Shown: piece after piece, positions 1-10,345 of the stretch
Numbering within the stretch: the first letter of the stretch is position 1
Layout of the letters: every line of letters starts with the position of its first letter
DNA from: Cetorhinus maximus
Taxonomy: Eukaryota
Assembly (NCBI RefSeq): GCF_964194155.1
Contig: NC_135901.1
Location: 372,001-436,000 of the forward strand
Direction: 5' to 3'
Length of the DNA: 64,000 nt
Translations under genes and position numbers: made by a program
Notes under the pieces: model-generated
What the model saw: only the letters and a program-made list of their open reading frames with translations
Database searches by the model: none
What the model was told of the DNA's origin: nothing

Positions 1-1
1 G

Positions 2-475
2 GAGAGGCCATTCATCTGCTCTATCTGTGGGAAGGGATTCACTCGGTTAGCCCACCTGCTGAGACACCATCGAGTTCACACTGGGGAGAGGCCATTCACC
101 TGCAGTGAATGTGAACAGGAATTCATTGATTCATCTGACCTTCTGATACACCAGCGAGTTCATACTGGGGAGAGACCATATACTTGCCTTGAGTGTGGCA
201 AAAGATTCACTCAGTCATCTCATCTCACTACACATCAACTTGTTCACACTGATCAGAGACCTTTTAAACGTTCTGACTGTGAGAAGAGATTTAAAAGTAA
301 ACAGAATCTGCTGACACACCAGCGAGTTCATACTGGGGAGAGGCTGTTCACCTGCTCCGTGTGTGGGAAGAGATTCGCTCAGTCAAGCAACCTGCTGAGA
401 CACCAGCAAGTTCATATGCGACAGCAGGGGTTGGATTCTGATGTAATTGCTACATTTATTCACATGCAGGACTGA
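2..475 (+). CDS. C2H2 zinc-finger gene A, 3' part only (5 finger units visible)
   Basis: Frame 2 reads [32 protein letters not shown]...[31 protein letters not shown], ending at TGA 473-475. TGERP linkers occur every 84 bp; one finger has C>R. The 5' end is outside the window. Confidence 0.85.
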   Translation, partial: ERPFICSICGKGFTRLAHLLRHHRVHTGERPFTCSECEQEFIDSSDLLIHQRVHTGERPYTCLECGKRFTQSSHLTTHQLVHTDQRPFKRSDCEKRFKSKQNLLTHQRVHTGERLFTCSVCGKRFAQSSNLLRHQQVHMRQQGLDSDVIATFIHMQD

Positions 476-480
476 ATCAT

Positions 481-975
481 GTCTGGATGCCTGTTTTCAG
501 TTTTCAGTGGGGTTCCACAATTTGTAGTTTATATCAATGATTTAGACTTAAATGTAGGGGCAATGAGCAAGAAGATTGCAGATGATGTCAACATTGCTGG
601 TGTGGTTGACAATGAGGAAGAAAGCTGTGGACTGCAGGAAAACATCAATGGACTGGTCAGATGACCAGAGCAGAAAATTGGTAAATGTAAATCAATCTGG
701 AGCAGTGTGTGATAATGAAATTGGGGAGGGCAAACAAGAGAAGGGAATGAAAATAAAAGGGATGACGCTGAGAACTACAGAGGAACAGAGAGACCTCGGA
801 GTGCACATCCACAGATCCCTGAATGTGGCTGGACAGGTAGATCAGGTGGTCAGGAAGGCATTTGGGACACTTTCTTGCCTGAGGCCTAGAATATAAGAGC
901 AGGGAGATTATGTTAGAATTGTGTAAAACACTTGTTAGAGCACAGCTAGAGTACTGAGTATGGCCTTGGTCACTG
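481..975 (+). mobile_element. CR1-type LINE ORF2 (RT) fragment
   Basis: SGVPQ..YINDLD..KIADD and QRDLGVHIHRSL motifs in ORFs 479..664 and 576..896. Confidence 0.85.
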
Positions 976-2322
976 CATTAATCAACTATAAAGTAATCAA
1001 TTAGCCTAAAACTAAAGACAAATTGATAATTTATCATAGAATTGCAGTCAGTATTCAATTAATCAAATCTAGGGGATAATGATAAAGCTAACTAACAATG
1101 GGTTGAAACAGTGAAGAAGTCTGATTTTTTCAGTAAATTAAACTCTGAGGTGTTTAGATGATAAGAGTTAAGAAAAACATTTTTGTTAATTCCCTCTAAA
1201 AAAATAAGGTGACTTTAGCACAATGGAAGAAGCTGATTGGTGGGTAGCTGATGAATCTTTATTTATTTTAATGATTAGCTTATTTTGTTTAAATGAGTTA
1301 ATAATCAGATAAATAAAGGCATGGCAGGGCATCTAATTCCTGTAGAGTGCGCATCCAGTTCCATGTGGGAAAATCAGGATGCATCTCTGTGCTGGACAAT
1401 CACAAGTGCAGGAAGTGTCATCAGCTGGAGCAGCGGGAGGCAAAGGGGAATGGTCAAGAGGTGGTTTTGGGACCACAAGGCTGTTTCCAGTGGAGTTCTG
1501 GATGGCTCAGCACAGGATTCCATGCTTCTGTGGTATATATCACTGCTTTAGACTTTAACATGGGGACATGATTAAGACATTTTCAACCTTGTCATTAACA
1601 GTGAGAAAGAAAGCTGTAGACTGTCGGAAGGTGTCAATAGAATGATCAGGTGGGCAGAAAAGTAGCAAATGGAGATCATCCTCGAGAAGTGTGAGGTAAT
1701 AAATACATTTGGGGAGGGCAAACATGGCAAAGGGAAAGAATATTACTGGTATGATGGTGAGAAGTGTAGGTGAACAGAGGGACATTGGAGTGCATGTCCA
1801 CAGATCCCTGAAGGGGACAGGCGAGGTAGATAAGGTGTTTAAAAAGGCAGACAGGATACTTTCTGTTATTAACTGAGACATAGAATACAAGAACAGGGAA
1901 TATTTCTAGCATTTTCGGTTGATGAAAGATCACAGACCTGAAACTCCTCTCTCTCCATAGATGCTGCCAGAGCTGCTGAGTATTTCCAGCGTTTTCTGTT
2001 TTTATTATATGATCAGGGAGGTTATACTAGAGCTGAATAAACAACTAGTTGGACCACAGCTGGACTACTGAGTACAGTTCTGGTCAGTGCATTACAGGAA
2101 GGATGTGTTCACACCAGAGAGGGTACGGAGGAGATTTATGAGGATATTGACAGGAATGGCGAATTTTAACGATAAGGTTGGGGTTGTTTTCTTTGGAACA
2201 GAGGAGGCTGAGGGGAGATTTAACTGAGGTGTATAAAATTATGAGGGGCACAGATAGAGTGGATAGGAAGGACTTATTTCTGTTAACAGAGATATCAATG
2301 ACTAGAGGGCTTAGATTTAAAC
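975..2322 (+). mobile_element. Internally deleted CR1 LINE (probable 5' UTR and ORF1 start joined to RT/3' part)
   Basis: 1321-1435 encodes MAGHLIPVECASSSMWE / VLDNHKCRKCHQLEQ, resembling the CR1 ORF1 N-terminal zinc finger. RT-region motifs (WDHKAVSSGV, DIGVHVHRSL, QFWS) follow directly. A Penelope-like piece interrupts at ~1895-2005. Confidence 0.6.
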
Positions 2323-2334
2323 TAATTAGCAGAT

Positions 2335-2545
2335 GGTAACCCCCAGGATGTTGATAGTGGGGGATACAGCGGTGGGCGATGGTTGGATTCTCTATTTTTG
2401 GAGATGGTCATTGCCTGACACTTGTGTGGCGTGAATGTTACTTGCCATTTGTCAGCCAAAACCTGGATATTGTCCAGGTCTTGCTGCATTTGGACATGGA
2501 CTGTTTCAGTATCTGAGGAGTCACGAGTGGTGCTGAACATTGTGA
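2335..2545 (-). mobile_element. L2/CR1-group LINE RT fragment
   Basis: ORF 2322..2582 contains MQQDLDNIQVLADKWQVTFTPHKCQAM. Confidence 0.65.
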
Positions 2546-3039
2546 ATTGTCCTGATGAGTGCAAGACAAAAAGCTTAGTCATGTCTCTTTTTTCACCAAT
2601 CTTCTGTAATGTGGCTGGTGTTTACTATTTTAATACATCAAATAAATCAGCTTTGTTTCAAATATACAGCGCGTCGTGTGTTTGGTCTCTCTGAGATATC
2701 ACGAGCGTGTTCCCTTAAATCCACTCAGGAAATGTCTTTAACAGGAAACCAACAATTAAACACATCACATCAAATAATTGGCAAAAATCAGGAACCATTT
2801 TTTATTCAATAAGTTATGACCTGAGACGTTCTGCCTGAAAGGGGATAGGAGCAGATTCAATAACAACTTTCCAAAGTGAGTTAGATCTCCAGTTAAAAGG
2901 TAAAGTCTGCAGGGCTCTGGGGAAAGGGCAGGGGAGTGTGGGCTAATTGTCAGCTCTTTCAAAGGTGATCACAACCCTATAAGGCAGCTCTATGTCGACA
3001 GGAGAAAGGCTGGTGTTCAACTCTCTGAGATAACAAGGA

Positions 3040-3620
3040 AGTTATGAGAAATCAGAACAAAACACTGGTTCAACCTCAACTGGAGTATTGTGTCCAATTC
3101 TGGATACCACACTTTAGGAAGGATGTGAAGGTATTGAAGAGGATGCAGAACAGATTATTGAGAATGGATCCAGGGATGAGAAACTGCAGTTATGAGGATA
3201 GATTGGAAAAGATGGGGCTGATCTGTTTAGAGAAAAGAAGATTCATAGGAGATTTGATAGAAAGGCTCAAAATCATGAGGGATCTGGACAGAGTAGACAG
3301 GGAGAAACGATTCCTAGTGGCAGAAGGGCTGAGGACCAGAGGACATGGGTTAAAGATGAATTGAAAAAGAAGCAATGGTGACATGAGGAAAACCCTGTTT
3401 ATGCAGTGAGTGGTTAGAATCTGGAGTGCACTGACTGAGAGTGTGGTGGAGGAAGGTTCAATCATGCCTTTCAAACAGAATTGGATAATTATCTGAACAG
3501 AAAAAATGTGCAGGGCCGGGGAGTGGGACTGGCTGAGTAGCTCTTTCGGAAAGCTGGCATGGGCAAGGACATGATGGGCCGAATGACCTCCTTCTATGCT
3601 GTAACCATTCTATGATTCTA
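3040..3620 (+). mobile_element. CR1 LINE 3' end
   Basis: PQLEYCVQFW...RTRGHGLK followed by the tail gatgggccgaatgacctccttct...ttctatgattcta. Confidence 0.85.
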
Positions 3621-3764
3621 ATGAAGGCTGTGGGGAAAGGGCAGGGGAGTGGGACTCATTGGCAGCTCCTTCAAAGGTGGTCCCAGCCCTACAATGCAGC
3701 TCCATATTGAAAAGAGGCAGTCTGATGTCCAACTCTCCAAGAATAAAGAAAGATCTCAACTCTT

Positions 3765-4790
3765 AGCAGGAATAGGCAATTCAGCCTCTCGAGCCTGCCC
3801 CACCATTCAATACGATCTTAATTGATCTCATTTCGGCCTGAACTCCAATTTCCCGCCCTCCCCCCATAACCTTTCAACTCTTTACTAATTAAAAATCTGT
3901 CTATCTCCTCCTTAAATTTATTCAGTGTCCCGGCATCCCCTGCACTCTGAGGTAGTGAATTCCACAGATTCACGACCCTTTGAGAAAAGTAATTCCTCCT
4001 CATCTCTGATTTAAATCTACCACCCTTTAGCCTAAAACTATGGCCTCTTGTTCTACAATGCCCCACAAGGGGAAACATCTGCTCATGTCTACTTTGTCTA
4101 TCCCCTTTAGCATCTTATATACCCCAATTAGATCTCCTCTCATCCTTCTACACTCTAGCGAGTATAGGCCTAAACTGCTCAATCTCTCCTCATAAGACAA
4201 GCCCCGCATCTCTGGAATCAATCTAGTGAACCTCCTCTGACCTGCCTCCAATGCAACAACATCCTTCCGCAAGTAAAGGGACCAAAACTGTGCACAATAC
4301 TCCAGGTGCGGTCTCACCAATGCCTTGTACAGTTGCAACAATACTTCCCTATTTTTATACTCTATTCCTTTAGCAATAAATGCCAAAATTCCATTTGTCT
4401 TCCTTATTACCTGCTGTACCTGCATACTAGCTTTCAACGATTCATGCACGAGGACACCCAGATCCCTCTGCACTGAAGCATTCTGAAGTTTCTCTCCATT
4501 TAAATAATAAGTCGACTTTTTATTCTTCTGACCAAAGTGGATAACCTCACACTTATCCACATTCAACTCCATCTGCCAAATTTTGGCCCATTCACCTAAC
4601 CTGTCCATATCCATTTGTAAATTTTTTATTTCTTCATTGCAACTTACTTTCCCACCTATTTTTGGTGTCATCTGCAAAGTTAGCTATTGTACCTTCTATC
4701 CCTGAATCCAAATCATTAATATAGATTGTAAATAGTTGGGGCCCAAGGACTGAACCCTGTGGCACCCTACTAGTTACAGCTTGCCATCCA
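3765..4790 (-). mobile_element. CR1 LINE, RT C-terminus to 3' end, frameshifted
   Basis: ORFs 4634..4834 ([13 protein letters not shown]), 4027..4677 and 3818..4078. Confidence 0.92.
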
Positions 4791-4929
4791 AGGAGCCCTT
4801 CAATTCTCTGTGAATGTCTTTCAAATGCTGACAAATTCCTTCCTTCTTTTGAAATTCCATTTCCTTATGCCTGGGATGCAGACAGTGCTGGACACAGAGG
4901 GAGCAGCAAACCTGGTTCAGAGTGGACAC

Positions 4930-5415
4930 GCTGGGTATATCCCTCCTTAAGTAAGGAGACCAAAACTGTACACAGTACTCTAGGTGTGGTTTCACCAATG
5001 CCCAGTACAGCTGTAGCAAAACTTCCCTACTTTTATACTCCAACCCTCTTGCAATAAATGCCAACATTCCAGTTACCTTCCTAATTTCTTGCTGTACCTG
5101 CATGCTAACTTTTTGAGATTTATGTGCCAGGACCCCAAGGTCCCTCTGTACTACAGCATTCTGCAATCTCTCTCTACTTAAATAATTTCTGATTTTCTAT
5201 TCTTCTTGTCAAAGTGAAAACCCTCACATTTTCCCAAATAATGCACCATCTGCAAGTGTTTTCCCATTCACTTAATCTAGCTCTTTGTTTCCTCACAATT
5301 TGATTTCCTACCCATCTTTGTATTGTCAGCAAATGTGGCTGCAATACACTCGGCCCATTCAACCACGTCATTAGTATAGGTTGTAAATGGTTGAGGTGAC
5401 AGCACTGATCCCATA
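4930..5415 (-). mobile_element. CR1 LINE RT fragment
   Basis: QRDLGVL...PHLEYCVQFWSP and FADNTK motifs. Confidence 0.85.
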
Positions 5416-5785
5416 ATACCATAAGACTTAGGAGTAGAAATTAGGCCATTCGGCCCATCGAGTCTGCTCCGCCATTCAATCATGGCTGTTAAGTTTCTCA
5501 ACCCCATTCTCCCGCCTTCACCCCATAACCTTTGATCCCCTTACCACCCAAGAACCTATCTATCTCGGTCTTAAATACACTCAATGACCTGGCCTCCACA
5601 GCCTTCTGTGGCAATGAATTCCAGATTCACCACTCTCTGGCTAAAGAAGTTTCTCCTCATCTCTGTTCTAAAAGGTCTTCCCTTTACTCTGAGGCTGTGC
5701 CCTCGGGTCCTAGTCTCTCCTACTAATGGAAACATCTTCCCCACGTCCACTCTATCCAGGCCTTTCAGTATTCTGTAAGTTTCCG
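5416..5785 (-). mobile_element. Young CR1 LINE 3' end
   Basis: Nearly identical by eye to 32525-32890, with RTRGHSLRVKGRPFRTEMRRNFFSQRVV and a microsatellite-like tail. Confidence 0.9.
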
Positions 5786-5925
5786 TACAGTTCTGTTGAA
5801 GGGTCATGAGGACTCAAAACGTCAACTGTACTCTTCTCTGCCGATGCTGCCAGACCTGCTGAGTTTTTCCAGGTATTTCTGTTTCTGTTTTGAATTTCCA
5901 GCATCCACAGTTTTTTGTTTTTATC
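5786..5925 (+). mobile_element. Penelope-like element terminal repeat fragment with hammerhead-like motif
   Basis: Matches the end of the GIY-YIG-bearing element at 43880-44845 (gatgctgccagacctgctgagtttttccagg). Confidence 0.75.
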
Positions 5926-6550
5926 TCTATGTATTTAATTTCTTGTTAAATTAATAAACATTTATGTTAGTTTAGATTAAAAAAAACCTTTTGAGACTGT
6001 GGTTTTATTTCTGAATTCAGAGCTGCATCTCAAAACATACCAATTGAAAATATAGGTTATGACATTTGTTCAAGTTTCTATCTGGGATTTAAACAACTCA
6101 GCCTTTACCAACTGCTGTGTCATAACATCGCTGCAGTACTACATTACACGACTAGAAATAATAATAAATGTACTTTATTACAGAAGCATAAATAATATAT
6201 CTAATTTGTACAATATTACACCACTAGACATATCTATGTTGTTACAATCCCCTTAAAAGAAACAAATTCCCAGACAATCCTCAACGGAATAAATCGAAGG
6301 ACAAGGTTAACTTTTAAAACTTATACTGTAACAATCAAACTAAAATCAACAAAAATGAAGCATGCATTAAAAGACAAATATTATTTGAATAGATAGGATA
6401 AATTTGACTTTAAACAGTTTATACAATAAAAAACAGGCTCCACAAAATCACCAGCATTTCCCCCCTCAGCATATTTGGCACTAATTCCAGTTACAGAGTC
6501 CCACAACTCTCTGTACTTCCCAGGGGAGGGAAAGAAAGTGTTTTATTCAC

Positions 6551-7142
6551 AGATGTTGGACAGAGGAGGAAGGTTAAGTGTCTGTGTGAAGTTAATAACA
6601 AACGCTGTGCTGTTTAAAACCAAACTCTGGAGAAAATGAGGGGAAGATGCATAGTAAACTCCCCTCCCCCCACTCCCTCAGCTGGCAGCCCAGCGCGCAG
6701 GCGCAGAAAGCGCTGCTGACTGTGTTGTCCGGAGCAGCCGCTCTCAGTAGCTTTTTGTTTTTATCTTTCCACCGATGCTGCCAGACCTGCTGAGTTTTTC
6801 CAGGTAATTCTGTTTTTGTTCTCGATCTCCTTTTGGGCCGCCGTAGACAGCAGCCATGGCCGTGGGGGTTCGCTCCGCGGCTTCTCGCTCTGGCCGGAGC
6901 CGCCAGCCGGTTGCCTGGAAACCTTGGCTCGAGAAGGTGCAGGAGGAAGGGGAACAATGGGTGGGGGTGGGGCTCTCGTGTCCGCGCGCCTGGCCTGCCC
7001 TGCCGCCTGGAACCCCAGCACGTCACCGCGGAGCAGAGTGATTCCTAATTGGCTGATTCAGGCAGGGTTCCATTGTGGACATCACAATGCGGAAGTTGGA
7101 CAATGAGCTTCAGACTGAAACTTCCTCCTCTGGGCAACATCT
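6551..7142. promoter_or_regulatory. CpG-rich bidirectional promoter with outward-facing putative non-coding first exons (copy 1)
   Basis: NRF1-like GCGCAGGCGCA 6695-6705, CCAAT (ATTGG 7048-7052) and ETS CGGAAGT 7090-7096. Splice donors GTGAAT (minus, 6550) and GTGAGG (plus, 7143). Paralogous to 23895-24345 and 41224-41700. Confidence 0.75.
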
Positions 7143-7344
7143 GTGAGGAAATCAGTGTTTCTCCCTTTCTAATCTAATTCTGGTCTTAAATTGTTGACTT
7201 GCAGGAACTGAAGGAAATGAAGTTAATCCCGGGAGGGTGCAGACTCTGGAAAGGTTGCCCCAGTTCTCTCAATGAAAGGGGTGGTTTGCCCAGTAGTTGG
7301 CCGGTATTTAATGAGACAGTACAGTAATATAGACATTGAGTATT

Positions 7345-7700
7345 GCTGTAAAAAGAGAGAATCTGTCGAAGCTTTCCATTTGCACGCATCAAAATAGATG
7401 TGAGAATGTCAAATTTTAAAGGGAACAATAATTCATATTGTAAAACAGTGAGCGGATTGTTTTGCAAGTGTACTCAGGTCAAGTTGTTGCTTTGGGGTAT
7501 GCACCAGGGAACAATCATGGCTAGCTTTTATTTAAATTCAGAAAATCCGAATCAAATCCAGTTGGTTGAGAGATGCCACTGGGGGAAACGACAAGGAATA
7601 GTTGTCCATGTAGCTTTTGTTCAATTGAAAAGGCACAATGCCTAGACAAATTTTCCCAGCTGAGGTCCAGGCCCAATAAAAGATTATCAGTTGGGCTCAC
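7345..7700 (-). mobile_element. Second Penelope-like family terminal fragment
   Basis: Homologous to 21320-21575; both carry a hammerhead-like end also seen at 2547-2582. Confidence 0.5.
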
Positions 7701-7789
7701 AATGTGGCTCACTTACACTTGCTAGAAGCTCCATTTATCCCTATTCCAGGTCCGGTCCACTGCACATAAAGAAATTTTTTAGGAAGTCT

Positions 7790-8370
7790 TACTATAGCTG
7801 CACAGGGCATTGTTGAGGCCACACATTGAGTATTCTGCACAGTTTTGGATTCCTTCCTTAAGGAGGGATATACTGGCTTGGAAGCCATTTGTAGAAGGTT
7901 CACTAGGCTGATTCCTGGGATGAAAGATTGTCATCTGAGAAATGCTGAGCAGGTTGAGCCTTAACTCATTGGAGTTTAGAAGAATGAGAGGTGATCTTTT
8001 TGAAACAAATGGCATTCTGAGGAAGCTGGACAGAGTAGGTGCTGGGAGAATGTTCCCTCTCATGGGGAAATCTAGAACAAGGGGACACAGTTTAAAAAAG
8101 GGGTCTCCTATTTAAGATGGAGATGGGGAGGAATTTATTCTCTCAGAGGAGCGTTAGCCTTTGGAATTCTCTTCCACAGAGAGCAGTGGAGGCCGGGTCA
8201 TTGAATATATTCAAGGCCGAGTTAGACAGATTTTTGATCAACAAGTGAGTCAATGATTATGGTGGACAGGCAGGAAAGTGCAGTTAAGGCCACATCAGAT
8301 CAAACATGATCTTATTGAATGGCGGAGCAGGCTTGATGGTATGAATGGCCTACTGCTGTTCCCATTTCTT
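7790..8370 (+). mobile_element. CR1 LINE 3' end in intron of gene B
   Basis: RPHIEYSAQFW, LGLNSLEFRRMRGDL and a CR1-type tail. Confidence 0.85.
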
Positions 8371-8621
8371 ATAATCTCCGTTTCCAGGACAGGAAGCGGT
8401 GAACATGAATCTGTCGATCAGCTTGAATCGGCACCTTTAGGAAAATTGGGAGGGTGTATAGTCGGTACAGCAGAATGAGAATGTAGGGAAAGTGTGCGGG
8501 ATGGAGATTCAGAGATTTTGGGGAATGAAAGAGGAAAGAATGTTCCATCAAAATTACAATTGTTTGTTCTGAATTTCTCCCCTGTACTGACAGCAATGAC
8601 TTTTGTAAACTCCTTTTACAG

Positions 8622-8977
8622 GACATTAGAGGGGGAGGATTTGCAAATTGAAATCTCAAACCAAACGTCACGTCAACAGTCACTCGGTTCATCACGATGT
8701 GAGTATCATCGGCCTTTGAATCTAGAAGGAGAACTGTTTGTCTGTTTTGTCTGCTTCAAAAGGTTTTTAACATCAGTGTGACTGGAAAAGCACCGAGACA
8801 CACAGGCCCAAGTGAGAGTGTTCCAGTGCATTGACTGTGGAGAAAGCTTTAACAGGTTACACAGCTTGACAAAAACATGAGACCATTAACAGCAGGGAGA
8901 GACTGTACATGTGTTCTGTTTGTAGAAGTGTTTTCAACTGATTGTTGAAACTGGAGAGACACAAGGACACCCACACA
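8622..8977 (+). other. 5' leader of gene B's main exon, made of decayed zinc fingers
   Basis: Acceptor ttttacAG at 8620-8621. Reads FVCFVCFKRFLTSV*LEKH, FQCIDCG and [16 protein letters not shown] with stops and indels. Confidence 0.7.
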
Positions 8978-10072
8978 ATGGAGAAACCATGGAAGTGTAG
9001 GGACTGTGGGAAGGGATTCCAGAACCCATCTGCACTGGAAAATCATCGACGCAGTCACACCAGGGAGAGACCATTCACCTGCCCTGTTTGTGGGAAGGGA
9101 TTCACTCTCTCAGGCAACCTGCAGATACACCAGCGAATTCACACCGGGAAGAGACCATTCACCTGCTCTGAGTGTGGGAAGGGATTCACTCAGTCATCTT
9201 CCCTGCAGAGACACCAGCGAGTTCATACTGGGCAGAGGCCGTTCACCTGCTCTGATTGTGGGAAGGCATTTACTCAGTTATCCAGCCTGCTGACACACCA
9301 GCGACTTCACACTGGGGAGCGGCCATTCACCTGCTCCGAGTGTGGGAAGGAATTCACTCAGTCATCCGCCCTGTGGATACACCAGCGAGTTCACACTGGG
9401 CAGAGGCCGTTCACCTGCTCTGACTGTGGGAAGGCATTTATTCAGTTATCCAGCCTGCTGACACACCAGCGAGTTCACACTGGGGAGAGGCCATTCACCT
9501 GCTCTGACTGTGGGAAAGGATTCACTCAGTCATCCAGCCTACTGACACACCAGCGACTTCATACCGGGGAGAGACCTTTCACTTGCTCTGAGTGTGGGAA
9601 GGGATTCAATCAGTCAACTAACTTGCTGACCCACTGGCGAGTTCACACAGGGGAGAGGCCGTTCACCTGCTCCAAGTGTAGGAAGGGATTCACTCATTTA
9701 TCCACCCTGCGGAGACACCAGCGAGTTCACACTGGGGAGAGGCCGTTCACCTGCTCCAAGTGTGGGAAGGGATTCACTCAGTCAACCGCCCTGCAGGCAC
9801 ATCAGCGAGTTCACACCGGGGAGAGACCATTCACCTGCTCTGAGTGTGGGAAGGGATTCAGTGATTCATCCCACCTGCTGATGCACCAGCGAATTCACAC
9901 TGGGGAGAGGCCGTTCACCTGCTGTAACTGCGCGAAGAGATTCAGACTTTCATCCACCCTGCTGAAGCACCAGCAAGTGCATGCTGAGGAGAGGCCATTC
10001 ACCTGCTCCGCTTGTGGGAAGGGATTCACTCAGTCATCCAGCTTGATGAGACACCAGCGAGTTCACAGATGA
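8978..10072 (+). CDS. C2H2 zinc-finger protein B, 13 fingers, 364 aa
   Basis: Open frame from ATG (acaATGg) MEKPWKC to HR*, with 13 CxxC..HxxxH units. In-frame TGA at 8939-8941 upstream. Confidence 0.93.
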   Translation: MEKPWKCRDCGKGFQNPSALENHRRSHTRERPFTCPVCGKGFTLSGNLQIHQRIHTGKRPFTCSECGKGFTQSSSLQRHQRVHTGQRPFTCSDCGKAFTQLSSLLTHQRLHTGERPFTCSECGKEFTQSSALWIHQRVHTGQRPFTCSDCGKAFIQLSSLLTHQRVHTGERPFTCSDCGKGFTQSSSLLTHQRLHTGERPFTCSECGKGFNQSTNLLTHWRVHTGERPFTCSKCRKGFTHLSTLRRHQRVHTGERPFTCSKCGKGFTQSTALQAHQRVHTGERPFTCSECGKGFSDSSHLLMHQRIHTGERPFTCCNCAKRFRLSSTLLKHQQVHAEERPFTCSACGKGFTQSSSLMRHQRVHR

Positions 10073-10345
10073 TTGCAGGGATTCCGCTGTTATTGCTGTT
10101 GTTAATCACATCCAGGACTGAACCATGTTCATTCTGACTGTTGGTGAAGTAGGAGGGTCAGAGGGCTTCTTTCCGCTGGGCTGGCTGGTCTCACGGCTTT
10201 GCTTCCAGTGAGCTGATGCTCTTTGAGCCTGGGAGTGCACATTCCCACTGAAATGAGCCACAAAGCTGATTAAGTACATTCATTATATCCTAAATAGTAA
10301 ATAGTGTTTTTCCTACCACTACAGATAGATCACAAATAAATACAT
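10073..10345 (+). other. Family-conserved 3' UTR with poly(A) signal
   Basis: The same ~270 nt follows genes C, E, F and G, and partly A, D and I. AATAAA near 10335. Confidence 0.7.

Noticed and set aside
6592-7106. Overlapping GC-rich ORFs at the promoters (also 23870-24380, 41081-41788, 63447-63927)
   Set aside because: Paralogous copies differ by frameshifting indels; long ORFs are expected in GC-rich DNA.
8779-8941. Shared in-frame TGA codons as selenocysteine or programmed readthrough
   Set aside because: Leaders also contain TAA/TAG stops and frameshifts that differ between paralogs, the TGAs are not at Cys positions, and no SECIS was recognised. CpG decay explains them.
9006-9293. 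Alternative-frame ORFs (GRDS...HSPALSV repeats) over the ZNF arrays
   Set aside because: They are shadow frames of the 84-bp finger repeat with inconsistent starts and stops.
8978-10072. PRDM9 identity or a specific ZNF gene symbol
   Set aside because: No SET, KRAB or SSXRD exons were seen, and one-to-one orthology to named genes cannot be supported.
10210-10272. C/D-box snoRNA-like pattern (TGATG..CTGA..ATGA..CTGA) in the 3' UTR
   Set aside because: Box C is imperfect, there is no terminal stem, the location is exonic and the boxes vary among paralogs.
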